DNA of 39,545 nucleotides, taken from NCBI RefSeq assembly GCF_001186125.1, contig NW_014039728.1, positions 1 through 39,545 on the forward strand, read 5' to 3'. Made by a program: the position numbers and the translations under genes. The stretch is from Sphaeroforma arctica JP610. Lineage: Eukaryota. Below, in pieces: positions 1-11,730 of this stretch (the stretch's first letter is position 1; the number at the start of each line of letters is the position of its first letter). Under the pieces are notes generated by a model, which saw only the letters and a list, made by a program, of their open reading frames with translations, was not told the origin of the DNA and searched no databases.

Positions 1-14
1 CTAGAGGACCCACG

Positions 15-109
15 TATATGTTATGTATATATATGTACCTATACGTATACGGAATACATATTATTTATATATATGTGTGTGTGTGTGTTTGTGTGTTTGT
101 GTGTGTATG

Positions 110-173
<64 letters not shown>
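15..173. repeat. (TG)n/(TA)n microsatellite block
   Basis: Direct dinucleotide runs. The YIYI/VCVC ORFs here are artefacts. Confidence 0.95.
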
Positions 174-175
<2 letters not shown>

Positions 176-587
176 CAGTGCTACATCGCCCAGCTCTTAG
201 ACACGCACACCTCTGTCGTCCGTTCTGCTTGCACCTTTCTCTATGTAATTTATGCTAATCCTGAGAGATGCAGCAGGTTCCATTATTCACTTCTCAACGT
301 TGCCGAGCAGCTCCATCGTTTACTTCTCAAAATTACCTACCAATTCGTAATCAACCCTGATCGTATCGCATATCTAAATTGTGATTGACTGCACATCGTG
401 CGTGGCAAATATGTATAAAGTGCTAAATATATCACTGTTAATGATATAGAACTTAATATTTGATTAATAGGATTCTTGTCTGTCCATAAATATAGTGTTT
501 CGAGCCGTTCTGTACGTGTGTCTAGCGTGCAAAGAGTGCGAAAGTGGGGCGCATGTGTGCGATCGTCACTGTATACTAATATATTTA

Positions 588-1256
588 GGCCGGTTTTGCC
601 AACTTTATGAAATTGTGAACATAATTTCTTGGATGGAGTAAAACACCTTACTCCGGGAACTAAATTGTGTATTTCATATCCTCGTGCTGAAATTATGAAG
701 CGTATTTGAAATTCTGGAAAATTTTCAGGACAATTTGAAACATGAAATTCTTTCAGATTGTCCCGTTTGGCAACTTTAAATTACAAGACTGCACCTCCAA
801 GAAATTCTCCTCAAAATTCGAAATCCAGAATTTTCCTTTAATAAGTGAAAATGAGGGTCAGACAGCGTTTTCACTTTGACAAGAGAAATATACTGTTCTA
901 TTTTAAAATTTACTCTGGCTTTTTGAGCGCGCACTTTTGAAATTACAGTATATCACATTTTTATGTATGTACGTAAATATACATGATGAACAGATTCTAG
1001 CTGTTAATTCCAACCAATGGATGGGGTTATACGATAAACAAAAATAGAATTGACAACCACCTACTATTTCTACGGACTCGTGCGTTTGTCAACTGGAAAA
1101 TTTTTGAGGAAGTTCTGGGCTGCCCTACAGCCAGAATTTGTTGGACTGGCTAGAAAGAAAAAAATCGAATACTGGAAAAGAAATCATCCGAAATGCAGTC
1201 CACAATTCCAAAAACAATAATTTCCTCAGAATTTTATAAAGTTGGCAAAACAGGTC
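588..1256. mobile_element. Putative MITE / non-autonomous DNA transposon (~670 bp) with imperfect ~30-bp terminal inverted repeats
   Basis: Left end GGCCGGTTTTGCCAACTTTATGAAATTGTGA matches the reverse complement of the right end, GACCTGTTTTGCCAACTTTATAAAATTCTGA. The interior is AT-rich and non-coding. Flanks TTA/TTC are a possible degenerate TWA target duplication (Tourist/PIF-like, inference). Confidence 0.6.
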
Positions 1257-1455
1257 TTCACGGCTAGGGTTTTTCCCTCTCGAGTATGCCGGTACAATTT
1301 GTTCCGTAGAGTAGTGCGCTGGAATATATTGTCCCTAATACATCATTGGAAAGTTTGATTTTTGAAATGTCAGGAAATAGGGCACTTTTTTTTTAATTGA
1401 AAACGAAGAGAAGTAAATATTTAGAGAGAAGGGGCATAACCTTCTAATCAGACAG

Positions 1456-1593
1456 GGGGCCTGAGCCCTCAGGGCTGAGGGTCTGAGGGCTGAGGGCCTG
1501 AGGGCTAGGCCTGAGGGCCTGAGGGCTAGGCCTGAGGGCTAGGCCTGAAGTCCTGAACCTTGATCCCCGAGGCCTGAGCCCTGAGGACTGAGG
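1456..1593. repeat. G-rich short-unit tandem repeat (CTGAGGG / GGCCTGAGGG variants) upstream of the MYSM1-like gene
   Basis: About 15 degenerate (GG)CTGAGG(G) units read directly from the sequence. Confidence 0.8.
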
Positions 1594-1938
1594 TCGTGAT
1601 CATTTTTTTGGCGGGCTCAACACGGGCCCACGGTAAGATTGGCACACTCGCAGAGTCGCCGCAGTCTCGCAGTATGCAGACTCGCAGGCGCAGAGAGTCC
1701 AGAGTCCAGACCGCCAGTCTGGGCCAGACAGCGCCAGTCGCCAGAGCCCAGAACCCCAGACTCCCAGACTCCAGAGACCAGAGGCCATCCGCCAGTGTCA
1801 AGTCATGGCACCGTGACAGGCGGGGAAATATACAGAATGTACAATGCAGCACAGAGCCATATAAACCAGGCAAAATCAGGTATCCGATCCAATTTATAGT
1901 GGACTTGGTTATTGACCACTATCTAGTTTAACTATAGA

Positions 1939-4900
1939 ATGGACGATTCAGAGCTTGCAAGGTACTTACAACAACAGGAAGATGGTTTGTACTCAGAAAG
2001 TGAGTCGGAGAATGAATGGACGAAGAAACGAACCACGAAGAAAAGACAAGGTGTAGCCTCGAAGGCTAAGGCTAAAAAACCGAAAGTGGCCAACCCTGCA
2101 TTTGAAGGTAAGTCTACATTTTTACAGCTGTGCCCCCATCACTAAATTTAAATGGGTGAAAATCATGTGGCTTGACTTGCGATCCCTAATAAGCGGAGTG
2201 AGCATACACGGACTGACAAAACCGGCGCTTTTTTAGTGCGTGTTACTGTTCTATTGAGTGATATGCTGTTACTGTTCATACTCTTGAAAGACTTTCGAGG
2301 CAAATTATCGCCGGGATTGTTTTATTTCTTTGGGTTATGTGGTATGCCACATAGTATGTTTCGCCAGAGCCTTCTGAAGCGTATTGTAGTTGCACTCTTT
2401 CACACTCAGGTCTACGTACACGAGCGGAAAAAAACATACTCACGATGCGTTTATGATACACTACACGCGTGTGGAAAACGTACGAGACCCATCTGCTTGG
2501 TACAATTCTACTCGTGGTTGAATATATTAGTCGATATTTGTAGAAAGGAAGTGGCTCCATGTATGTGCCATGGAAACAGAAATATACTTGCTGATACACT
2601 TCTCATTGCAGTTGCCTGAAACTAATTATGTTTACAGTCATCTTAATCATGAGGTGATATTGATGTATTGTTAATCATCGAAGCTAATGTATTGACGTGA
2701 AATATTACATAGCGCATTATGAAGTGTAAACTTTTCTTTGCGTATATATGTAGTTTTTCTGCGTAGTCTTTGATCTCGAAAACAAAAAACTTGCTAGGTG
2801 AAGTTTTATTGTGACTATCAGACTTGATCTAGCAGCGCATGAACGTGAAAAACCATATTATCTCAAGAAGTAATCGAGATATTAGCCGTCTACTTACTTA
2901 TCTTTGGCAGAATTTCCGCCTTTCTTCTGGACTGGCCGTCAACGAAATCTGTACGTTTCAAGCTTAGACAAAATGAAAGAACACGCTAAACCAGATTGTT
3001 GTCTAGAACAAACGATCGAGTTATCTTTATTGTGACATTTATGTTCGACGAAAGTAGGAATTAAGCGCTAGAGGTATTTTCTATTAGGCCTTTTCGTACA
3101 AGTGTCAGCACTATAGTCGCTCTCTTTGCAAGTAAGTTTCATAACTATTAGTTTTAAATGTACCTTGTTCATGGTCTTCACCTGCTCAGCAGGGAAAAAA
3201 CCTCCAGCGAAAAAGATGGTATGGACTCCAGAGGAAGAAAAACTTTTTCTGGAGGGCTTAGAGCTATATGGTCGGGACTGGGCGATGATAGCAATGCACT
3301 GTGGAAATACACGAGCTAAGCAGAATATATCTAGTCACGCTCAAAAACATTTCATCAAGCTGTTTATAGGTGGGCATTGTCTTCCGGCTAAAGTCATCGA
3401 ATCAGGGTCAGGATACACATTGTCTGGTAAGCCTTTGGACCCCAACTCGGCAGCTTTAAAAGCCTACGGTAACAATACCGAATACCGCGTATCGCTGAAA
3501 AATAGAAATTCTCTTCCACAAAGTAGTACAACAGAGGAGAGCCCAGCATCAGCACAGACTACTATAGCACCCCACCTTGATACTATAGTTCCGCAAACAG
3601 CTGTTCAGAATGAGCCACCCTTGATTACTGCGAAGAAGAAAATCACAAAATCGCCGGAGATTAAACGTCGAAACCCCAAACCTACTGTACCAAGGAAAGA
3701 AAAAAGTATAGCTCCAGTAACAACTGAGCGATCGGAATATAGCACGCGTAGATTAAGAACTGCCAGGAAGCAGACATACCGGTTTGTTGATAACCGTGAA
3801 AGGTGAGTTACAATGAAAGCAAACACTACACAAGCACTGCACTGTTGGAGAATGTGATCGTCGATTTTCGGCTCCCAGTAGGAGCACTGACATGCAATAT
3901 ATTGCCAAGGTTATCTCATTATACTTGTCCTCAAACATATTCGACGTGGTTCGACATTTTACAGTGACCCACTGCACATGGTGACCACGAAGAGCTATAC
4001 AGAAGACCATATCCAACCGTTCAATATTACAGTACTTCCCCAGGCCACAACTGTCATGGATTTTCACGCACATTTGGCCGTGGCCGAAATTATTGGACTG
4101 CTTGCAGGAATATGGTATGTATATGATTTGTCCGGTATACGTTAACGATTTATTTTATTTTTACCTCACTGTGTTAAATGACTGGTTTATGTGATGTTAG
4201 TTCACTGAAGCTCACGGAAACAATTGCTGACACTAATATTCTCACGAACATGTGGTTTAATAGGGATCCCGAGACACAAACAATCCAAGTGATACAGGCT
4301 TTTCCATGTAGAGAATTGCAAAATGGTAATAACGCTGCTATCGCTGAAACACAGGTGGAAATGGATCCCGTCAGTGAAATGGAGGTATTAAAAATTAATC
4401 TTTGTATTTAATGCAGAATCTCAACTAGGCTTCTGGGAGAGAGGAGTCGTTCATTTTAACTAACATGCATCGACACTGTATCCCAGGAGTTTAACTCACA
4501 GTGTATAAAACAAGAGTAAATTAAAAAAATCTTTTAATTTTGCGAATTTGCTCGCTTGATTCCGACCTTATCCCAGGTGAGAGAAGAAATTGCGAATCTT
4601 GATCTCATTGTGGTTGGTTGGTATCATTCGCATCCCACGTTCAAGCCCTTCCCCTCTAATACGGACGTTGAGAATCAATACAACTACCAGGTATAGCGTT
4701 CTATCGTATAATTGCTCGAGGATGTTTCTGATGTTTCTTTGCTCTAGTTGGATCATTCGCGTTGAGTATATGACTCTCTGCTATAGTACACTTGCCGATC
4801 ACTAACGAATTTGAATTCTCTTCGCTTTATTATTCTCACAGAATTTATTTAAAGGCGTCGATTCAGCTAATGCCGCATACTTTGTCGGCGCCATCGTCGG

Positions 4901-5792
4901 TATGCATCTTTTGTTATTATTTGCACAGGACATCGATCCGCTCATTTCTGTCAATTCTATTGTCGTACACCAAATCCTATGGCCATTTGAATTTTACTGT
5001 TGTGCTAATATTAATCGTTTTCTCCTTATAGGCCCTTACGACACAGAACTGCCTTCGGAGAAGAGTGCTTTCAACTGGTTTCATGTACAGATGGACGATG
5101 ACAGGCCCCAAGCATATATCCTGAGCACGGAACAGTTGATAAATCGAACGACAGATGTAGAATCGGTTGTGCTTTCTAAAATGGTATGGCGGGTATATGA
5201 TGCAGGAGCAAGTTATCTCGTTCCGTTCATTTTGTGTATTGTCCTATTAACATCCTATTCGACGTTTTACTATGTTCTATAATTATAGCGAAAACTTGTC
5301 GACTACTACAAGGATTATGAGCACCGCACGCAAAACTGGTCAGCCATATGGCGTTTATGCAAGAGGGTCTCCTTTGATTCCAGTATGTTAATGTGAGATC
5401 TCGTTTCGAAATGCAATTTTTGTTTTATTTTAAACCCGAATTTATTTTAAATATTAATTGCAGGCACTGTATAGTATTATGGTCGTAACATGTTTTTCAG
5501 CCAACTTAGTAAGCACTTCTCATATCCGGCGAAAGGGTGCAAAATCGAATTTAATGTCTCATTGCTCTTTTTGATTCATCAAGTACGAGATATAGCAGAT
5601 GCAGCGGGCGCGACTACTTCATCCAAATTGAAAAATCAGAGATCAACAACGGAGAATGTTGTCGCTCGCACATACATAGATAAAGCTGAGATTGCTCTTC
5701 GACATCGGTTAACTGGATGCTCGCAATCATATACCGAGGATATCGTACGTCAGACGATGGCACACTTGCGAGAAAATTGGGCCATGCAATAG
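1939..5792 (+). CDS. MYSM1: Myb/SANT + MPN(JAMM) histone H2A deubiquitinase-like protein (MYSM1-like), 9 predicted exons: 1939-2107, 3190/3193-3802, 3965-4114, 4264-4384, 4577-4690, 4842-4899, 5032-5183, 5289-5382, ~5584-5792
   Basis: Myb motif WTPEEEKLFLEGLELYGRDW...SHAQKHF. MPN motifs DFHAHLAVAEIIGLLAG, EMDPVSEME and JAMM VGWYHSHPTFKPFPSNTD. GT..AG junctions preserve the frame. The last acceptor is uncertain. No SWIRM domain seen. Confidence 0.85.
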
Positions 5793-6011
5793 CATAGCAG
5801 AACTGCTGGTGAATATAGATTCTACGTCGGTTATTAGTTTTTATTAGTACTTGCGAGATAGAGCTATCTATAGAGCATTAAATTTCTAGTTGAGCTCTTG
5901 CTTCAGTAAATTCTGCCTTTATCCGTGTGTGCCTGTCATGAACATACTATACTATAACCCTTATTTCCTAACCTTATAATAATCGCATATTGTGTTGTGC
6001 ATCATCATGAT

Positions 6012-6182
6012 ACTGTGAATTCGCCAGGAGTAGCAGAACGTTACATGTTCACCAGGAGTAGCAGATCACTGCAAATTCACCAGGAGTAGCAGATCACTGC
6101 AAATTCACCAGGAGTAGCAGATCACTGCAAATTCGCCATGAGTGGCAGATCACTGCAAATTTACCTGAAGTAGCAGATCACT
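6012..6182. repeat. 28-bp tandem repeat (ACTGCAAATTCACCAGGAGTAGCAGATC), ~6 copies, between the convergent MYSM1-like and TIM44 3' ends
   Basis: Head-to-tail units with no spacers. The outer copies are degenerate. Confidence 0.9.
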
Positions 6183-6228
6183 CAGGAATCTGCTCGGATT
6201 CTATTTTAGCAGGTATCGCTTTATTGAT

Positions 6229-9029
6229 TTACCATGTGGAACGTCTCATATGCATGGCGAAGTCCATTACGCGCCAAGCAGCCTTGCCATAAGTTCCCTC
6301 CTCCCGACAAAAGGCAAACGCATATAACACATCCTCAATAGCATCCTACAATAAAACGAATTGCAATGGGTGTAAATGCAATAACTGAGAAGACAGCGAT
6401 TCGCGATAGAACAAATTTTCAATAATCAGCTCAGATCAATATAGGCTCGAAACGTGCAAAGACGGACTAAAATCGGAATATTGCACACAACACGATAACT
6501 TACAGGATCGCCGTCGACTACTTTGCCAGCCTTATCCTTCTCCACTGTGATCTGCTGCACCATACACGTTACGGTCAAAACTGGACCTTGCTCCATCATC
6601 ATTGCGTTGAAAATCTATCAAAGTGGACAAAATGTGTTTTAACTTTGCTTGGATCCAGGGTGTCGATCAATTTACTGAAATGATTTTGAACTCTCGAAAA
6701 GATTAAAAACAAAATACACGTTGACTTCATTAAGTAAAAGACACTTACATATAGGTGTTGCGCAAAAAAAAAAATTGGTCACGCAACGAAATTTCACAGC
6801 AGTTCCACTTACATCTACGTCTCTTATGTCCAAGATTTTGACGTCTACAGTGTGCCCAGCATCCTTCTTCAGTTTGATGTTACTTGCTAGCACGTTATAT
6901 GTGGGCTCAGAGCACCACGCTTCCAACGTTTGTAGGTCTTGATTGAAATAAGACTCCAGCAGAACGGGAATCAGAGACTTGTGGGCATGCTGTGAATTAA
7001 GAATCAAAATTGTATAAGCACTAGCGGCCATTAAATAAGAATCAAACCTGTATAAGCACTAGCGGCCATTAAATATCCAGTATATTCTGTCTTATTGAAC
7101 AAAAGGCAACTCTGTATACGTATGTACAGGAAAAAGATCCTTCGAGGCATAATATCAAGCGATGGAACCTTATAAAATGACCAGCGGGCTATCGATACTT
7201 ACCTCTATGAACTCCTCTCGTTCGAAATCAGGATCTTGCTTGCAAATCTCTCTCAAAACAGTAATCATTTCACTCTCCTTGAACATGCCACTGAGACCAT
7301 CTGCCACCACATCAGTGATAGAGCGCATCGATCGGACAAATATATTATCACTCTCATCATAGTGCATCTTCCACTCGAATGCACGGTTTGTGATAGGATT
7401 ATTATCTTTGAATTCTTTCCATTTGGAGAACCAGACACTGTCCTTGTGCATGACCATGCCCGTAGCGTCTGTATTAGCCTCTACTATGGGCTTGTCGAGC
7501 TTCACACCTTTTATTATACGTTCCCTGTCGGCGACACTTGGCTTCTGATAGGGTTTGAATTTAGCAGAGTCGAGTATTGTACCCTCCAGCAGCTCCGACC
7601 TGAGCTGGCTAATTTTATGCGCAGCATCAGAATTTGAAAATTCCGCACCGATCTGTTGTGTAGCCTTACCAGCTTCCTTACCAGCCTGATTCCGTGTAAT
7701 GTGGAAGGAAGATTTGGGTGCGTTGAATCATTCGTAAACCACAGTAGGCTTGGGATGGACAACATACTTCGATTTGCATCCCCAATATATTGATGGTAGT
7801 AAACATTCCGTGCAATGAAATAGTCCCAGCCAAATTATGCTCACTCTAGATACAAACACGATGCAGTCCTCAGTGTTAGCAGTACAGTGAAATGCAATCA
7901 ACAATTCAGTTCAATGCACGTAGACCGCAAAGTAAACGGGCCACCGAATCACGCGCTTCAAACCAAGCGTACGTATAGAATATAACATGGACTCGTAACG
8001 ATGCACGTGGATACCATCAATACAAATCAAAACTAACGAACTTGTACAATAATGGACGACAAGACTAAATATTTGACTGATTGTATTGAAAGCTAGACAA
8101 TAACTGGGAGGTACCTTTTTAAAGCACCGGTATTCATGTCCACAATCATAAAAAATCTCTTTGTCGTGCATTAGATTGATGAAATGGATTTGTTAGTTCA
8201 ACAATGACAAATATGGCAATATGTACCTGAGCTGTGAAATCACCCGCTTGCTTGGCGAATTTGGTTGCACCCAGCTCATCGGCGACCTGGCCCAGATTGT
8301 CCTTAACCTTGCCCAACGTCTCAGAAACCTTTTTGGCATTCTGTTGACCCTTCTTGCTGCTCATTTTCGAACTACTTTTCACACTTTCAGTAGTTGGCGT
8401 CGACTTCGGTGCAGTTTCTTCTGCTCCCTTTTTGATGCTATTTAGGAAATTCTTCACCATGCTCATGTGACGAGCCTATATAAGCGCCCATTGGAAAGCA
8501 TTACCAGTGACGTTGAATGTTAATTCCTTAGTCTAATAAAAACATGTAGGAGAGAGAAAGAACTATTTCATAATTTAACCCAATCAACACGATTCGTGCT
8601 CACTTAGACAACACGAGGGACAGGCAGGACACTCACTTAACACAGCCAACAAGAGTCACAACACTCGTTTGCTAGTATTAAAGTACTACATATCTAGAAC
8701 TACGATGGTGCATACCTGCGGTCTAGATGCTTGCCCAACATGGCCACCAGTATTCACGCAAGCCGCCAGGGGGGAGCATCTCAACCTCTGTAGGCAAATT
8801 AGGATACGCGTCAATAGAACACGATTAGATAGCTGAACCCATGAATAATCTGTGAACTTTTAATTTAAAAGAGGTATTCGTGCACAACCACGTGCATAAC
8901 ACACTCACAAATGAATCAAATTGCTGCAATCTGGTAGGACTGAGTGCGTTTGCATTCATAGATTTCCCATAATGAGTAGGAATTGCTCGTAAACTGTTTC
9001 TAGAATATTCGGCTTACCAAGGTAAACAT
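6229..9029 (-). CDS. TIM44: Mitochondrial import inner membrane translocase subunit TIM44, 7 predicted exons: 9029-9018, 8787-8716, 8475-8227, 7685-7203, 6989-6813, 6614-6504, 6345-6229
   Basis: VEANTDATGMVMHKDSVWFSKWKEFKDNNP...YDESDNIFVRSMR...EICKQDPDF, LEAWCSEPTYNVL, KILDIRDVD, MMEQGPVL...VVDGDP, AAWRVMDF. All exons are phase 0 with GT..AG. The N-terminus MFTLRLRCSPLAA...QARHMS resembles a mitochondrial presequence. Confidence 0.92.
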
Positions 9030-9931
9030 GATGTCGGCTTAATCGATGTCGCAGTATTGTAGCACAGATGATTTTTAAGAAGTGTTCGATTCAGTACTAA
9101 CACTATATTTCCTTGGTGTGCTTAAAATGCTATTCAATATAGTCGTATCACTTGCAGTACTATCCGCGTTTACCATATATATTACTTTGTGTCTTACAAT
9201 AGCTCAACTACTATAGAGAGCATAAAATACAACCCAATATCTGATATTTTGCTGATATGAGAAAGTTGTAACTGGTCATGAATCCACGCGATGTCACCTA
9301 AATACAATAAAACTTTGTTGCAATTTATTTAGAACACTTTTGAATGTGTCCCGAATCTGGGTTAAAAGGTATTTTAAAATTAATACAAAAGTAGTAATTA
9401 CAATTGTTTCTCGTGTTTATTTACGCCAGAAGAATGCCAAGAATGTGATGAACTCCCAGCCACCAAGAGTCCACAACACTGACAAGTACAACACAGCCGC
9501 ACCTCTTTTTTCTGCTTCACCACAAAAATATTATAATTAAAAACGCCGCGCCACACAGCGGGCTCGAGGGACCGGCTGACGTCTTCCAGAGACCCAGACC
9601 ACAAGACGAGAAGGGAAGAGTCCAGACTCAGCAGTCATAGATGCGATCGATCGTCACAGTAGTAGTAGAAACAAAAAAGTAAAAGTGAACGTAATAAATC
9701 AAAAGCACTTGCGCCAAGAATTAGAGTAAAGGTGCTAGGAGTCTAATAGAATAGCAGGGGAATTCTCTTGAATTAGACTCAGTACCCCTACTACTAGCCG
9801 AGCTCGACGACTGGCATAGACACAACCCATAATCGCTTCCATAATTCTGAAGTGAACACCAGCGACGATAGTATTCTGCGACCTGAGTATACCTTACTGA
9901 AAGCTCTACATACATCTGCACGAATATCAAC
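9030..9931. promoter_or_regulatory. Divergent (head-to-head) intergenic region between TIM44 and the U2B''/U1A gene; likely bidirectional promoter
   Basis: Inferred from gene orientation only. A GC-richer patch at ~9545-9660 has CCAGA motifs. Confidence 0.4.
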
Positions 9932-9952
9932 ATGATGAATAGAACTATCGTA

Positions 9953-10814
9953 ATGATCCCGCCATCACCCACGGTCTACATCCAGGGACTCAACGAAAAG
10001 ACTAAAAAGCAAGGTTTGTATGCGCAAGCATATGCATATAGATATATATATATATATATATATGGATATATGGATATACATGTGTGTGTTTGTATGTATG
10101 TATGTGTTTGTGTGTGTGCGTGTGTCACACTATATGTACATATGTGCATGTATATGTATGTGTATAGGTATAGGTATATATATGTGTGTGTATGAATATA
10201 TGTGCCTACGTACGTTTTATATATTAATATATATATATATATATTGTGTATACGTATATATATATATTGTGTATACGTATATATATATATATATATATAT
10301 ATTGTGTATATCTGTGTATATGTGTANNNNNNNNNNNNNNNNNNNNTACTTATTTTAGTGTGTGTGAATGGATGGGTGGGTGGGTAGATGTGCCTATTGT
10401 GTGTGTGAATGGATGGGTGGGTGGGTAGATGTGCCTATTGTGTGTGTGAATGGATGGGTGGGTGGGTAGATGTGCCTGTTGTGTGTGTTTATGGGTGTGT
10501 CTGTTGTGTGTGAGAGAGGGCGTGTCTGTTCTGTGTGTGACTGGAAAGGGTGAGTGAGTGGGTGAGTCTAGTGTTGTGTGTGTGAGGGCGCGTGTGTATC
10601 TGTGTCGTGTGTATATATGTATGTCTGTATAGTACTTGTACATGAACATGTATTTTTACATATACATATACATATGTGTGTAAATATGTATGTATGTATG
10701 CATTTATGAATGTTAGTGTATCTATGTATATGTATTCATTTTTATGTGTGGGTGAGAATGTGTGAATGTATCTATGTATGTATGTGCGTATGCACATATG
10801 TATCTGTGTGTGCC

Positions 10815-10846
<32 letters not shown>

Positions 10847-11662
10847 TGAATACACGACATAAGTGTTATTTTTCTACATAAATGCATATCTACCTATGTT
10901 TATATATATATATAAATATCTGTATATATGAATGTATATACATATATATATGTGTGTGTCTGTATGAATGTATGTATATATGTATATGTATGTACGTATG
11001 TATGTGTATATGCATATTCATATGTATATGTATATATATATATATATGTTTATATGTATGGATATATTTGTATTTATATCTATTTATATCTTCACATAGG
11101 AATGTATCATTTTTAAATCTGTTTGGATGTGTGAAAGATAAACACAAATGTATACCTATTCATATATATTTATATATTGAGTATTTTTGTATATATATAT
11201 ATATGTCCCAAGCATATCTATTGTATCTGGCTCTGTATGTGCGTGTTTTTTTGTCTGTGTGCGCACGCGTGTGTGTTTTTGGCTATGTATGTATGAATGT
11301 ATATATGTATATATGTATTTATGTATCATATGTATGTATTAGTATACGTATACATTCATGCTAACGTATATTTTTATATTTAATGTATGTGTGTGGTTGT
11401 GATGTGTTGTGTTTTGTTTGTATGTGTGTGCACACGTATGTGTTTTGTATGCGCTGTCCTATGCATGTGTTTCTATGCACACGTATATGTATATCTATAT
11501 CTATATAGCATACACATATTTATGCACGTACGCATGTATATGTTTATATGTATGAATATATATATGTGTGTGTGTGCGTGTGTGTGTGTGTGTGTGTATT
11601 TATATTGGTATTGGTATGGATACTGATATTGATATTGATATATATCTAAATTTAAATATATA

Positions 11663-11730
<68 letters not shown>

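Noticed and set aside
1526..1931. ORFs upstream of the MYSM1-like gene
   Set aside because: They arise from the stop-poor GC-rich repeat arrays and show no protein motifs.
6012..6182. 28-bp repeats of CRISPR-like length
   Set aside because: Units are head-to-tail with no unique spacers, there are no cas genes, and the context is eukaryotic. This is a minisatellite.
6999..7074. 38-bp tandem duplication in a TIM44 intron (similar pair at ~12785-12950 in the snRNP gene)
   Set aside because: Ordinary local intronic duplications with no sign of function.
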